A DNA stretch of 64,000 nucleotides from an uncultured Enterocloster sp. (GCA_944383785.1 CALWQV010000002.1:25721-89720); one strand, 5' to 3'; shown: positions 25,913 through 36,139, counted from the stretch's first letter. The notes: generated by a model from the sequence alone, not told the origin. Numbers and translations are program-made.

Positions 25913-26971
25913 CTATCTCTTTTGGTTATACTCGTCCACTACAACCCGAAGCTGATGAACCGCTTCAAAATCAATATCAAGGGGTAAGGAGCACCCCGGC
26001 GCAAAAATCAGGCGGTTATCACCGCACTCTGCGGCGGCCTGCTCCAGGCGTTGTGCAAAGCGCTCTTTTACCTCGGATCTGCTTCCATAATAATCAAGGA
26101 ACTGATCCGTTCCGGTTACCAGCACCTTATCCGTCAGCGCCCGCACCTTAGCAACTGTAGCTCGCTCTTCCTGCAAAACATTATGGGGCACGTTCTCCCA
26201 GCTGAAGGCCTGAACCGGATACTCATTAAACTGCTTAAGGAAGAAATTCTTCTCCCCGTGAATATGGATCATATTAAACCAGGTCCGATCCTTCACATGC
26301 TCCATCAGCCGCATATCAAAGGGGCGGCAGAAACGCTCGAATTCAGCCTCTGAAAGAATATCCGAATTACTATAGCGATTCGCGAAAAAGAAGCCGTCCG
26401 CCCCGGCCGCAATATAGGCGTCCACCAGCTGAAGCTCTGTCTGCACGAATGCCTTCAGCATAGCCTCCACCGCATCCGGATAATTGTCCATATAATACCG
26501 CGCTTTCGCAATACCTCCGCAAAATTCCGGTATCGTATGTGCCGGAAGGAAAATGGTCGGCAGAATCGGTACGCTTCCCTGGTAATGGTCTCTCAGAGCT
26601 TTTACAACCGCCACTTCTCTCTGATACACCGGATTTTCCGCCACATTCAACACCGGAAAACGTTTAAAATCCTCCGGGCTGTTCAAAAGATAGCTGTTAA
26701 AATGCATGATCTGCTTGGTATGAAGCTTCTCCTGAGGAATATTCTCTGACAAATAGGTAATGTCAGAGCCATGGGCCTCCTGATTATACACGCCGTTTTC
26801 CATAATCTTGATAAAATCCCAGCGGCTGTAATCCGTCAGCTCAATAATTCTGGAGGAAAATGCTTTCGCGTCTTTGCGGTCCACCTCCGGCGTATGCATC
26901 CATCCGCAGGCTCCTATATTTGCCACCCTGGGCTTCTCAAGCATTTCACGAATCCGTTCTGCAGCAGTCAT
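25913..26971 (-). CDS. Uroporphyrinogen decarboxylase (URO-D) family protein, non-heme paralogue
   Basis: Size and the central block GADGFFFANRYS..ILSEAEFERFCRPFD..NMIHIHGE fit URO-D/MtaA-like enzymes. ATG at 26971 lies 1 nt after the SDR stop. Confidence 0.65.
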   Translation of the reverse strand: MTAAERIREMLEKPRVANIGACGWMHTPEVDRKDAKAFSSRIIELTDYSRWDFIKIMENGVYNQEAHGSDITYLSENIPQEKLHTKQIMHFNSYLLNSPEDFKRFPVLNVAENPVYQREVAVVKALRDHYQGSVPILPTIFLPAHTIPEFCGGIAKARYYMDNYPDAVEAMLKAFVQTELQLVDAYIAAGADGFFFANRYSNSDILSEAEFERFCRPFDMRLMEHVKDRTWFNMIHIHGEKNFFLKQFNEYPVQAFSWENVPHNVLQEERATVAKVRALTDKVLVTGTDQFLDYYGSRSEVKERFAQRLEQAAAECGDNRLIFAPGCSLPLDIDFEAVHQLRVVVDEYNQKR

Positions 26972-26972
26972 A

Positions 26973-27776
26973 TCAATCACCCTTCCTTCTTCTCTCGTCA
27001 AATGAGTAGGTCGGATTCAGCGTTAAGCCCCGTCCGCCGGAAACTTCAATGGAAACACCCGTCATAAATGTAGAACCATTTCCGCAAAGGAAAACGATTG
27101 GCTTCGCCACCTCTTCTGTGCGGCCTGCCCTCTGCATAATCGTGCCCTCGCAGATGTGCTTCATGTTATCCTCGGTCGTATGCTCCGTGTTAAACTCCGT
27201 CATGGTATATCCCGGCATCACGCAGTTAACCCGTACATTGTAAGCTGCGTACTCGCCTCCCATGGTAATGGTCAGCATGTTGGTGGCGGCCTTAAGGGGG
27301 CCATAAAGAGTAGCCTTTCCAACGGTAGGGCATCTGCCTCCCAGGGAACTAATGTTGACGATCGAGCCGCCTCCGCATTTCTTCATAGCGCGAAACGCTG
27401 CCTGGCAACCGAATACAGCGGCCTTAAAGCATACGCCATAGATACGCTCTAACAGCTCATCCGAGTATTCCTCTTCATCGTCTCCCTTAGTCAGCTGAGC
27501 TCCCACGTTATTTACCCAGCAGTCGATCCGGCCGAAACGTTCCTCAACATGCGCTCCAAAATCATATGCGGCCTTTTCGTTGGACATATCCACCGCCTCA
27601 TAGTAGACCTCCCCATACTGCGACAGCATCTCGCCAGCCTTCTGAATATCCGCCGCGGTTCTGGAGCAAATCGCTACCTTCGCGCCTTCCTGAAGCAGCT
27701 GTCTGGCCGTCTCAAGTCCGATTCCTTTGCTGGCTCCTGTTACCACCGCAACCTTCCCTTTTAATCCCAGATCCAT
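26973..27776 (-). CDS. SDR family oxidoreductase
   Basis: TGASKGIG Rossmann motif, NNVG, classical SDR length. Confidence 0.88.
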   Translation of the reverse strand: MDLGLKGKVAVVTGASKGIGLETARQLLQEGAKVAICSRTAADIQKAGEMLSQYGEVYYEAVDMSNEKAAYDFGAHVEERFGRIDCWVNNVGAQLTKGDDEEEYSDELLERIYGVCFKAAVFGCQAAFRAMKKCGGGSIVNISSLGGRCPTVGKATLYGPLKAATNMLTITMGGEYAAYNVRVNCVMPGYTMTEFNTEHTTEDNMKHICEGTIMQRAGRTEEVAKPIVFLCGNGSTFMTGVSIEVSGGRGLTLNPTYSFDERRRKGD

Positions 27777-27816
27777 ATCATAACCTCCTTGAAAAAACTT
27801 TTAATTATACTTTCAC

Positions 27817-29004
27817 TCACTTTGGCTGCCGCTGGCAAAGACGGCTGCTTAGTTTTGTGTAGCAGTTCATTGCATTATCATAAAGGAACATCCTTGCCGC
27901 CTTTCTTGCCCGTGCAGCCGTCATGTACTGGTTTTCCACCAGACCATTCAAAAGTCCTGTCAGCTGTATACGAAACCAGTCGTGAGCGAACCACCAGACC
28001 TCCGGGAACATAACGCCGTCGCTGCCATACATCACTTTTGACAGCGGAGCTCTTTCCAACAGCGCCGCCATCCGCTCCCTTCCCTTTACACCTGCCAAAT
28101 AGAACATTGCCGAAAAATCCGTGTACACATTTTCAAATTGCGATACCAAAAAGCTGGTATCCTCCTCATGTGGGTGTCCGCCGTGAAGCAATACAATTTT
28201 CACCCGATTAAGTACTCTTTTATCCTTTAAAAAAGGCACCATATGAATGGGACTGAGGGTTTTAAAATCAATCCGGCTTCCTCCCCCTTCTCCGGTATGA
28301 AATTGAATCGGGATATCGCACTCCGCCGCGATTTCACAGCTCTCCAGAATCAAAAAATGATTTAAGACCTTCTCATCCTCCTGCCGGGCCTTTCCCCCGA
28401 GGATTCTCTCATAAGCGCCCTCTGCCTGAGCCCGTTCCGGAAGGGAGATCCCTAATCCTCCCCCATATGCCGCGCAGGATTTTATAGCAATGGCCTGCTC
28501 CTTCTCGATCTGGTCCCACAGCCCATCGCGAAAGAGATTTATAAATGTCTCAAAGGACAGCTGCTCCTGAAACAGCGGTTCCGCCGCGCGTTCAATTCTT
28601 ACAATATTGCTGCACTTTTCCTTCGGGACCGAGCGATGGAAGTATTCTATTTCTTCCTCCGTATAAACATTTCCGCCCAGTGGGCTTCCAATCTCCAGAC
28701 AATACATCGCCACATTCTGGCCTTCAATCAGAGAACGAAAATAAGCGGCCGGATCTTCGCTGTAACGCCGGTTTCGCTCTTCCTCAATCGCAAGATCCGA
28801 AGCCCATTCCGGCATCCCAAAACGCCGGCGAAGGGCCTCCAGCACCATGCCGTAAAACACGGTTGTCCTGGATAGTTCCTCTTGTCTTGGCCCCGGAATA
28901 TAACCTCCGCTTAAATTGCCAAAAAGAGGCGCCCTGTGCGGATGAATCCGGTGTACATGGGTATCGATCGCCGGCAGCGACATCATTTCTTCCAAACTCA
29001 GCAT
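27817..29004 (-). CDS. Amidohydrolase_2 family metal-dependent hydrolase/decarboxylase-like protein
   Basis: IDTHVH at the N-terminus, later QFHTG, LLHGGHP, and a GSDG Asp, typical of the TIM-barrel amidohydrolase superfamily. Confidence 0.7.
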   Translation of the reverse strand: MLSLEEMMSLPAIDTHVHRIHPHRAPLFGNLSGGYIPGPRQEELSRTTVFYGMVLEALRRRFGMPEWASDLAIEEERNRRYSEDPAAYFRSLIEGQNVAMYCLEIGSPLGGNVYTEEEIEYFHRSVPKEKCSNIVRIERAAEPLFQEQLSFETFINLFRDGLWDQIEKEQAIAIKSCAAYGGGLGISLPERAQAEGAYERILGGKARQEDEKVLNHFLILESCEIAAECDIPIQFHTGEGGGSRIDFKTLSPIHMVPFLKDKRVLNRVKIVLLHGGHPHEEDTSFLVSQFENVYTDFSAMFYLAGVKGRERMAALLERAPLSKVMYGSDGVMFPEVWWFAHDWFRIQLTGLLNGLVENQYMTAARARKAARMFLYDNAMNCYTKLSSRLCQRQPK

Positions 29005-29025
29005 TTTTACCTACTTCCTTTTCTG

Positions 29026-30090
29026 CTACAGAGACCCGTTATAACGCTTCACTGCCTGGGCGATTTCATACGGGCCATCATGAATCTGAATTTCAAAGTA
29101 CAGATCCTTCTGTTCAAACGGCTCCAAATAAACCAGATGATTTTCCTCCCGCTCCCTATCCCTGCCCCAGGTCCTGCAGTTACACGGCTCCACGCCAAGA
29201 ACATAATTGCTTCTCTGAAGGCATTTCCAGAGATTCAATTGATCCAGCTGGCGGGCATCAAATTTTATCGTTGTCCCCAGACCCAGCTTCTCGTTTACAA
29301 TCGCGGCATAGGCAAATCCATTCTCATCCGCCCCCATCGTATGGTTATACGCTCTGGCTTTATAGCCATCGTCCGGCCTTGTAATAACCCCGATCTTATC
29401 TTCACTCTCCGCCGCCCATTCAGATGTCGGGAAGCGCTTATCATAAGTCAGATACAGCTTTGTGCCTTCATCCAACAGCGGGTAGCCAAAATTTATGTGA
29501 TACACAATCATAAACGGACTCTTTACAAACCCCAGATTCTCAACCTGATCGTGTACCCGGACAATGTTTTCCCCCATCTTAACCCGAATATTTCTGGTCA
29601 GGCACAGATTCTCCCCAAAGGGTCTTGCCTGATAAATTTTCGCAGTATAAGAAATCCAATAGTCGTCTCCTTCCCAGTAAGTTTGACAGCTCACCTCTTC
29701 CGACGGGAGATTCGATATGGGGCCGTGAAGCTCCAGCTTCTCATCCTGATCCTTACAAGGTACGCCAGCCGTGTTCATCCCGCAGGTAGCGAACATTCCG
29801 CCTGAAAAATTGTTATTCCACTCGTAATCCCCCGGACGCTTATAATAGGGGGAGGACACGTTTAAATTTGACAGCCAGCACAGGGAACTCCCCTTATAAG
29901 TCATCGATGACAGGTCGGAGGCTCTGTCGCATATAACGGTAAATGCCAGCCCGGAACCATTCCAGATATCAACTGCTTTCACATTATCTTTTTTCCCTTC
30001 CTGCATAATATACCGTTTTGCTCCCGCAATCTGGCCCATATGGCCCACCCGCTCAAACCATTCTTTTTTGGTTAAATTTTGGAACGCCAT
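29026..30090 (-). CDS. Aldose 1-epimerase-like protein (DUF4432)
   Basis: GSGLAFTV..DRASDLSS..YKG..LCWLS ... FSGGMFATCGM ... LELHGPISNLP pattern. ATG at 30090 has an AAGGAG RBS (the track start at 30141 lacks one). Confidence 0.72.
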   Translation of the reverse strand: MAFQNLTKKEWFERVGHMGQIAGAKRYIMQEGKKDNVKAVDIWNGSGLAFTVICDRASDLSSMTYKGSSLCWLSNLNVSSPYYKRPGDYEWNNNFSGGMFATCGMNTAGVPCKDQDEKLELHGPISNLPSEEVSCQTYWEGDDYWISYTAKIYQARPFGENLCLTRNIRVKMGENIVRVHDQVENLGFVKSPFMIVYHINFGYPLLDEGTKLYLTYDKRFPTSEWAAESEDKIGVITRPDDGYKARAYNHTMGADENGFAYAAIVNEKLGLGTTIKFDARQLDQLNLWKCLQRSNYVLGVEPCNCRTWGRDREREENHLVYLEPFEQKDLYFEIQIHDGPYEIAQAVKRYNGSL

Positions 30091-30169
30091 TTTCTGCTCC
30101 TTTTTCGCTGTCTTAGCAGCTTCAAGTGTTTCAAATTTCATTATGTAACTATTTACTTCATTTGTTCAT

Positions 30170-30198
30170 ATTATATCTAATTTATTACTTAATGTCAA
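30170..30198 (-). promoter_or_regulatory. Consensus sigma-A promoter of the DUF4432-amidohydrolase-SDR-URO-D operon
   Basis: On the minus strand: TTGACA (30198-30193), 17-nt spacer, TATAAT (30175-30170). GTAAATAGTTAC lies just downstream and could be a GntR operator. Confidence 0.65.
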
Positions 30199-30242
30199 CA
30201 TGTATGTATGCTATATTTTCAACTTTTCTGGCATTTTTACAC

Positions 30243-30275
30243 AAAAAAAGCGGCTTTCGCAGCTGCGAAAACCAC
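30243..30275 (-). terminator. Intrinsic terminator after the GntR gene
   Basis: The minus-strand RNA GGUUUUCGC-AGCU-GCGAAAGCC is followed by U7. The stem is better on the minus strand because of a G-U pair. Confidence 0.7.
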
Positions 30276-30294
30276 TCGTCCTGTTCATTTCATC

Positions 30295-31080
30295 CTAGGC
30301 CATATACTTTAGGGAAACCTGATCCCCCCTATAGCGGGTAACCGAATAATAAACAGGCTGATCCCCGGCCTTTCCTACATCCATAATGCACAAAAGCGAT
30401 GCCCTTGTACGGTTGATCTGAAGAAGTTCCAGGTCAAACTTACTGGCCAAAGTCGCATTTACCTTCGTATCTCTGCTGTCAACCTCCACGCCATAGTGAA
30501 GCTTCAGAAAGTCCGGCAGCGTAATCGAGCGGAATTCCCCCTCCAGTACTTGTCCAAATTGGCTTCTGGAAAGATAGGTAGCCGTATAAGCAACCGGGGT
30601 CTCCCCCGCAAGCCACATACGCTTTAAGTAAATCAAGCTCTCCTTTGCATCCAGCTTAAGCTTCATATTCACTTCCTCTACCGCATCCAGCACGCACAAA
30701 TCCAAAATCTCTATGCTGCATTCCCTGCCTGTCTGCTCGATGCTCCGTTTCAAATCCTCTACCCCTATGCATACCGGCAGCTCAATCTTAGGCTGAGCCA
30801 CAAAGGTTCCGCTTTTCTTTTTCCGAATCAGCACCCCTTCCGAAACCAGCTCATTGAGCGCCTGTCTCACCGTGGGACGGCTGATTTCCAGGTTATCGCA
30901 AAATTCTGTTTCGGTTGGCAACGGATCTCCTTCCTTTAATTTCCCAGACGATAAATCATTTAAAATCATTCGTTTGATCTGGTAATACAGCGGGATCGGG
31001 ATATCCTTATTAAGCCGGTACTTATCTTCCCTTAAATCCAATTCGCTATACCTCCGTTTTTCTTGATGATATAATATCAT
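30295..31080 (-). CDS. GntR family regulator, HutC subfamily (wHTH + UTRA effector domain)
   Basis: LPTETEFCDNLEISRPTVRQALNELVSEGVLIRKKKSGTFVA followed by a UTRA-size C-terminal domain. Start chosen at ATG 31080. Confidence 0.85.
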   Translation of the reverse strand: MILYHQEKRRYSELDLREDKYRLNKDIPIPLYYQIKRMILNDLSSGKLKEGDPLPTETEFCDNLEISRPTVRQALNELVSEGVLIRKKKSGTFVAQPKIELPVCIGVEDLKRSIEQTGRECSIEILDLCVLDAVEEVNMKLKLDAKESLIYLKRMWLAGETPVAYTATYLSRSQFGQVLEGEFRSITLPDFLKLHYGVEVDSRDTKVNATLASKFDLELLQINRTRASLLCIMDVGKAGDQPVYYSVTRYRGDQVSLKYMA

Positions 31081-31147
31081 TATATTATCATCCCCCGCTG
31101 CACACAATCTTTTTTTTGAAAATAGAGCGTTTTTCTAATTGCAGCCT

Positions 31148-31882
31148 CTACTCTACCAAACCTCCGAAGTACGCTTTTTGTACCTGGTCGGATTCCAGCA
31201 GCGCCTGCGCGGTATCATGAAGAACCACTTTCCCGGTCTCCAGCACATATGCTTTATGGGAGTGCTTTAAAGCCACCTTCGCATTCTGTTCTACCAGAAG
31301 GATCGTCGTCCCCATCTGATTAATCTTTTGAATTTCAGCGAAAATCTCATTAATAATTAAAGGCGCAAGTCCCAATGAAGGCTCGTCCAAAAGCAGCAGC
31401 TTCGGTTTGCCCATAATCGCCCTGCCTAAAGCGAGCATCTGCTGTTCGCCTCCGGAAAGGGTACCCGCCACCTGAGCCTCCCTGGATTTAAGCTTAGGGA
31501 AAAGCTCATATACCGTTTTAAGGCTTTCCTGTTTTTCCGCTTCTGGCCTCAAATACGCTCCCATCATCAAATTGTCTTTAACCGTAAACTCCGGAAAAAT
31601 CTGACGTCCCTCCGGCGACAGAATGATTCCGTTTTTTACCATAACCCCCGTATCCTTATTGGTAATATCCTGATCCTTAAATAAAATCTTTCCCTGATCG
31701 CAGTGCTTCAGTCCCATAATCGTGCGCATGATTGTGCTTTTCCCCGCTCCGTTTGCCCCGATCAGGGTCACAATTTCTCCCTCTTCAATCTCAATGTTGA
31801 TATTGCTGAGGGCCTTGATTTTTCCATAAGATACGGAAACATTCTCCAGCTTTAAAATAGCCATGGTATCAATCCTTTCCAA
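31148..31882 (-). CDS. Branched-chain amino acid-type ABC ATP-binding protein (LivF type)
   Basis: GANGAGKST, LSGGEQQML, LLLDEPSLGLAP. Confidence 0.9.
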   Translation of the reverse strand: MERIDTMAILKLENVSVSYGKIKALSNINIEIEEGEIVTLIGANGAGKSTIMRTIMGLKHCDQGKILFKDQDITNKDTGVMVKNGIILSPEGRQIFPEFTVKDNLMMGAYLRPEAEKQESLKTVYELFPKLKSREAQVAGTLSGGEQQMLALGRAIMGKPKLLLLDEPSLGLAPLIINEIFAEIQKINQMGTTILLVEQNAKVALKHSHKAYVLETGKVVLHDTAQALLESDQVQKAYFGGLVE

Positions 31883-32630
31883 GATATGCTTCTATAACAG
31901 CCGGATTTGCCTTCACCTCTTCCGGTGTTCCGCTGCCAATCAGGCGGCCGTTATCCAGCACATAAATACGCTCGCAGATATTCATGACAAACTTCATATC
32001 GTGCTCGATGAGAAGAATTGTGTAGCCCATTTGTTTTAAGCGGTATACCGTCTGCCGCAGGGCTTCTGTTTCGCTTTCATTCATGCCTGCCGCCGGCTCG
32101 TCCAAAAGCAGCAGCTTGGGATCGCTGGCCAGCGCCCTGGCGATTTCAAGATCTCTCTGGGGGCCATAAGGCAGAGCTGTGGACATTTCATACTTTAAAT
32201 GCTCCATTCCAAACAATTTTAACAGCTCTATGGCTTTCTCCTCACAGCGCTTTTCCTCTTCCCTTTTGGATTTTGTATTAAAAATTGCCGTTAGAATGTT
32301 TGTTTTTGTCCTCGTATGCATACCCACGATTACATTGTCAAGCACCGTCATCTTCGGAAAGAGTTTAATATTCTGGAAGGTTCTGGCAAATCCCAGCTCG
32401 GTGATTTTATAGGGCTTCCAGCCTGTAATATCCTTTCCCAGCATCTCCACCGTTCCTTCCGATGGATGATAAACGCCGGTAATACAGTTAAACAGTGTGG
32501 TTTTTCCGGCTCCATTCGGGCCGATAATCCCTACAATCTCCCCTTCTTCCACGCACATATTGACATTTTCCAGCGCCACAAGTCCGCTGAATCTCTGTGT
32601 AAGATTTTTTACATTCAGAACAGTACTCAT
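31869..32630 (-). CDS. Branched-chain amino acid-type ABC ATP-binding protein (LivG type)
   Basis: GPNGAGKTT, LPYGPQRDLEIARAL, LLLDEPAAGMN. Confidence 0.9.
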   Translation of the reverse strand: MSTVLNVKNLTQRFSGLVALENVNMCVEEGEIVGIIGPNGAGKTTLFNCITGVYHPSEGTVEMLGKDITGWKPYKITELGFARTFQNIKLFPKMTVLDNVIVGMHTRTKTNILTAIFNTKSKREEEKRCEEKAIELLKLFGMEHLKYEMSTALPYGPQRDLEIARALASDPKLLLLDEPAAGMNESETEALRQTVYRLKQMGYTILLIEHDMKFVMNICERIYVLDNGRLIGSGTPEEVKANPAVIEAYLGKD

Positions 32631-33619
32631 TTCTTTTTCCCATCCTTTTTACTTAATCCCATTCGCTGCGCCAGATATTTAAAGTTAACGGAACCGAAAA
32701 GTCCCTGAGGCCGCACCAGCATCAATGCCACCAGAAGTACGCCGTATATTAACTGCCGGTAAATGGACAGACCGCGCAGAAGCTCCGGAATCACCGTCAA
32801 AACAATGGCGCCGATAAATGAACCAAAGGCGCTGCCCAGACCGCCGAAGATAACCATAAGAAGCATCTCATTTGACTTCACGCTGGAAAAGTTCGTAGGG
32901 TCAATATAACCTGTGTATTGGGCATAGAAAGCTCCTGCCAGGCCAGCCAGCATGGAAGCGATCACAAATACCATCACCTTATACTTAAATACATTGATTC
33001 CCATTGCGCTGGCGGCCAGCTCATCGTCCCGGATCGCCATAATCGCGTTTCCAATGCGGGAATTCATCAGATTCTTCACAACCAAATAGGCGATCACAAC
33101 CATAATAACTGCCAAAAAGTACAGCTGCTGCTGTGATTTAATCGCAAAGCCAAAAAAGGTGGGTTTTTTGATTGCCATAATTCCCAGAGGACCTCTGGTC
33201 ACGCTCATCCAGTTCAGCTCGACAATACGGATAATTTCACAGAATACCATCGTTACAATGGTGAAATAATAGCCTTTTAAACGCAGTACCGGAAGCCCCA
33301 GAAGCACTCCGAAAACACCTGCTAACAAAATCGCCGCCAGGAAGGATACCTCCGCTCCCATGGAGGTTCTGGTGACCACCAGGGCAGCTGCATATGCGCC
33401 GATTCCAAAGAATGCCGAATGTCCGAAAGATACCTGTCCTAACATTCCGCTGAGCAGATTGAGGGAAAGGGACAGTACCACATACATCAGCGCAATGGTG
33501 GCAATCCGGATTACATACTGCGAGGTAAAAACAAAGGGAAATGCCGCCACCACGAGAACAACCAGTACAAGCAAGGGCTTTTTATATTTCAGAATAAATT
33601 CACTAAAACGCTCAATCAT
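32627..33619 (-). CDS. Liv-type ABC permease (LivM type)
   Basis: BPD_transp_2-like polytopic protein. GQVSFGHSAFFGIGAY motif. Confidence 0.88.
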   Translation of the reverse strand: MIERFSEFILKYKKPLLVLVVLVVAAFPFVFTSQYVIRIATIALMYVVLSLSLNLLSGMLGQVSFGHSAFFGIGAYAAALVVTRTSMGAEVSFLAAILLAGVFGVLLGLPVLRLKGYYFTIVTMVFCEIIRIVELNWMSVTRGPLGIMAIKKPTFFGFAIKSQQQLYFLAVIMVVIAYLVVKNLMNSRIGNAIMAIRDDELAASAMGINVFKYKVMVFVIASMLAGLAGAFYAQYTGYIDPTNFSSVKSNEMLLMVIFGGLGSAFGSFIGAIVLTVIPELLRGLSIYRQLIYGVLLVALMLVRPQGLFGSVNFKYLAQRMGLSKKDGKKK

Positions 33620-33640
33620 AATCTCGATCCCTTCCTTCGT

Positions 33641-34516
33641 TTATACCTTATTAATCTGCTTCTTACCAAATAATCCGGTGGGCCTAAATAAGAGCACTAC
33701 AATCAGCACGGAAAAAGCGATGGCGTCCCTGTACCCTGAACTGATGAACCCTGCTACCAGCGTCTCCAGCACTCCCATGCAAAGCCCGCCGATTACGGCT
33801 CCGGGCAAAACTCCTACGCCTCCCAGAATCGCGGACGCAAAAATTTTCATACCAATCATGGAGCCCATGGTGACATCAATGGTTTGGTAATACATTCCCA
33901 CCAAAGTACCGGAAATACAGGCCAATATGCCCGCGATTACAAATGTCATCGCAATAATCTGGTTGGTATTAATCCCCATCAGCTTTGCCGCTTCCATATT
34001 CTGAGCCGTACTGCGCATGGCTTTTCCCAGCTTAGTCTTATATACTACAACCGAGAGAATCAGCATCAAAATGCACGCAACGGTCAGGATAATAACCTGC
34101 GTATAACTGATCACAGCTCCCCCTACTGTAAATCTTCCAAAGTCCAGCTTATTAGGGAAGGATTTCGACTCGCTTCCAAAACAAATCATAATCAGGTTGT
34201 CCATCACCATGGACATTCCCAGAGTCGTAATCAAAGCTGAAAGTTTCGGCGCACCCTGCTTTCTCAGCCTGCGCAGGGCGAAACGCTCCAGGGCAAAACC
34301 CGCCAGTCCTGTCAGGAGGATACTGCCCCCAAAAGAGAGCCAAAAGTTTCCGGTCGCCAGGTAGAGCATTAACGACAGATATGCGCCCAGCATATACAGC
34401 GAACCATTGGCAAAGTTCGTCAGCTCCAGCACGCCGAATACCATGGTAAATCCGATTGCCACCAGAGCATAGGTGCTGCCGATTGTAATTCCATTAACGA
34501 TCTGCTGCAATAACAT
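33641..34516 (-). CDS. Liv-type ABC permease (LivH type)
   Basis: MLLQQIVNGITIGSTYALVAIGFTMVFG N-terminus, typical of LivH. Confidence 0.88.
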   Translation of the reverse strand: MLLQQIVNGITIGSTYALVAIGFTMVFGVLELTNFANGSLYMLGAYLSLMLYLATGNFWLSFGGSILLTGLAGFALERFALRRLRKQGAPKLSALITTLGMSMVMDNLIMICFGSESKSFPNKLDFGRFTVGGAVISYTQVIILTVACILMLILSVVVYKTKLGKAMRSTAQNMEAAKLMGINTNQIIAMTFVIAGILACISGTLVGMYYQTIDVTMGSMIGMKIFASAILGGVGVLPGAVIGGLCMGVLETLVAGFISSGYRDAIAFSVLIVVLLFRPTGLFGKKQINKV

Positions 34517-34544
34517 AGCGTTCCTCTTTCCTTATATCCGGAAA

Positions 34545-34584
34545 GGACGCTGCCGCCTTTTTTGAAGGTTTTTCGGCAGCGTCC
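34545..34584 (-). terminator. Intercistronic stem-loop between the binding-protein and permease genes (partial terminator or mRNA stabiliser)
   Basis: 11-bp stem GGACGCTGCCG (34545-34555) / CGGCAGCGTCC (34574-34584), followed on the minus strand by only a short TTTCC. Confidence 0.35.
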
Positions 34585-34605
34585 TCCCTTGTCGATCTGT
34601 TGGTC

Positions 34606-35862
34606 CTATTCGTTAATTCTTGTAAAGGTTCCGTTTCCAATCTCAAATGCATAAATACCCTTCAGCATTTCCTTATTTTCATTGAAGGACATATTATATC
34701 CGGAAATACCGTTGAATTCCCGCAGAGATCCGATTTCCTGTCTTAAAGCTTCGCTGTCCGTTCCCACTTTCTCAATAGCGTTCAGCAGAATATTGGTCGC
34801 ATCGTAAGCGGAGGCTGCGAACCCATCCGGAATCTCTCCGTATTTTTCCTGGAATTCCTTGATAAAGAATTTCGTCTCATCGTTTACATCCGGTGCGTCA
34901 ACGCTCTCTTCTGAGAAATAAGGAATGGAGCTAAGAACAATCGCGCCGTCCGCCTGATCTCCTACAATCTCAAGAAGCTCTTTCTTCAGGCACATACCAG
35001 GACCTACCAACTGAGCCTCGATATTCAGATTCTTTGCCTGAATAAAGATCTGAGCCGCCTCATTATAAGCGGCGGAAGCATAAATAATCTCCGCGCCGGC
35101 TTCCTTCACCTTTGACAACATAGGAGAGAAGTCCTTTGTAGAGCCTGTTACGTAAGATTCCATAGCCACCACCTCGCCGCCAAGCTCCTCCCATTTTTCC
35201 TTAAACAGGTCAGACGCCAAAACGCCCTGGTCGGTGTTCTGATAAATAATCGCCAGCTTTTTAGGCCCTGTCACTTTCGCCAGTTCCTCCGCAAACAGCG
35301 GTCCCTCATATTTCTGGCTGATCACACAGGAAAACATGAAGTCGCCCATGGCCGGGAAATCAACGTGGGACGCGTTGGGACTGAGCAGAAGCATCTGAGC
35401 CTCTTCAAAAATCGGAGCCGCAGCCATAGCGCAGGAGGAGGAATAGCTTCCCAATCCGGCGATTACGGAAGGATCCGCCACAATCTTATTCGCCACATTC
35501 ACTGCCTCCGTCGCATCCCCCTTATCATCATGAAACTCTGCCACATAAGAGGTGCCATGCTCCTCATTGTAAAGATCCAATGCCAGTTCAGAGCCTCTCT
35601 GCAGCATCAAACCATACTGCATCTGGTCGCCGGTCAGCGGGAAGAAATAGGCCAGTTTATTTTTTCCGCTGTCCTCAGACGTCTCCGCCGCCTCACCGCC
35701 TTCCTCCGAAGCGGACTCGGAAGTATCTGCCGCTCCTGCACCAGACGCTTCCGTAGCAGCGCTGCTCTCCCCCGCGCCAGTTGCACCACATCCGGACAGA
35801 ACCCCTGCCAGCATGGACATTCCAATTACTGCGCTTACCAGTTTCCTACACGTTTTTCTCAT
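34606..35862 (-). CDS. Liv-type (Peripla_BP_6) substrate-binding lipoprotein
   Basis: Lipobox LSGCGA, acidic Ser/Glu linker, then a periplasmic binding protein type I body. Confidence 0.85.
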   Translation of the reverse strand: MRKTCRKLVSAVIGMSMLAGVLSGCGATGAGESSAATEASGAGAADTSESASEEGGEAAETSEDSGKNKLAYFFPLTGDQMQYGLMLQRGSELALDLYNEEHGTSYVAEFHDDKGDATEAVNVANKIVADPSVIAGLGSYSSSCAMAAAPIFEEAQMLLLSPNASHVDFPAMGDFMFSCVISQKYEGPLFAEELAKVTGPKKLAIIYQNTDQGVLASDLFKEKWEELGGEVVAMESYVTGSTKDFSPMLSKVKEAGAEIIYASAAYNEAAQIFIQAKNLNIEAQLVGPGMCLKKELLEIVGDQADGAIVLSSIPYFSEESVDAPDVNDETKFFIKEFQEKYGEIPDGFAASAYDATNILLNAIEKVGTDSEALRQEIGSLREFNGISGYNMSFNENKEMLKGIYAFEIGNGTFTRINE

Positions 35863-36139
35863 TCTCGTTTCTCCCTTCTTTATGAATTATAAAATGCGCT
35901 TTGACAGATACCTTGATCTCCGATATTCTGTCGTTATGTTATACTATACTATCTTTATGACATTTTGTCTACTACTTTTTATATATTTTTTTATATTTCC
36001 ACCTTCTTTTTCAATTAAATATGGCTATTTCTCTTGGTATTTTCGTACTTTTTATTATACAGGCACAGCACATTCTACATAAAAAGCAAAATTCATAATG
36101 TAACCTTTATAATACCCGCTGCCTCTGTACGCCGCGCGC

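Noticed and set aside
28545-29805. 279-aa and 289-aa plus-strand ORFs antisense to the amidohydrolase and DUF4432 genes.
   Set aside because: Same reasoning: low-complexity antisense frames overlapping well-supported minus-strand genes.
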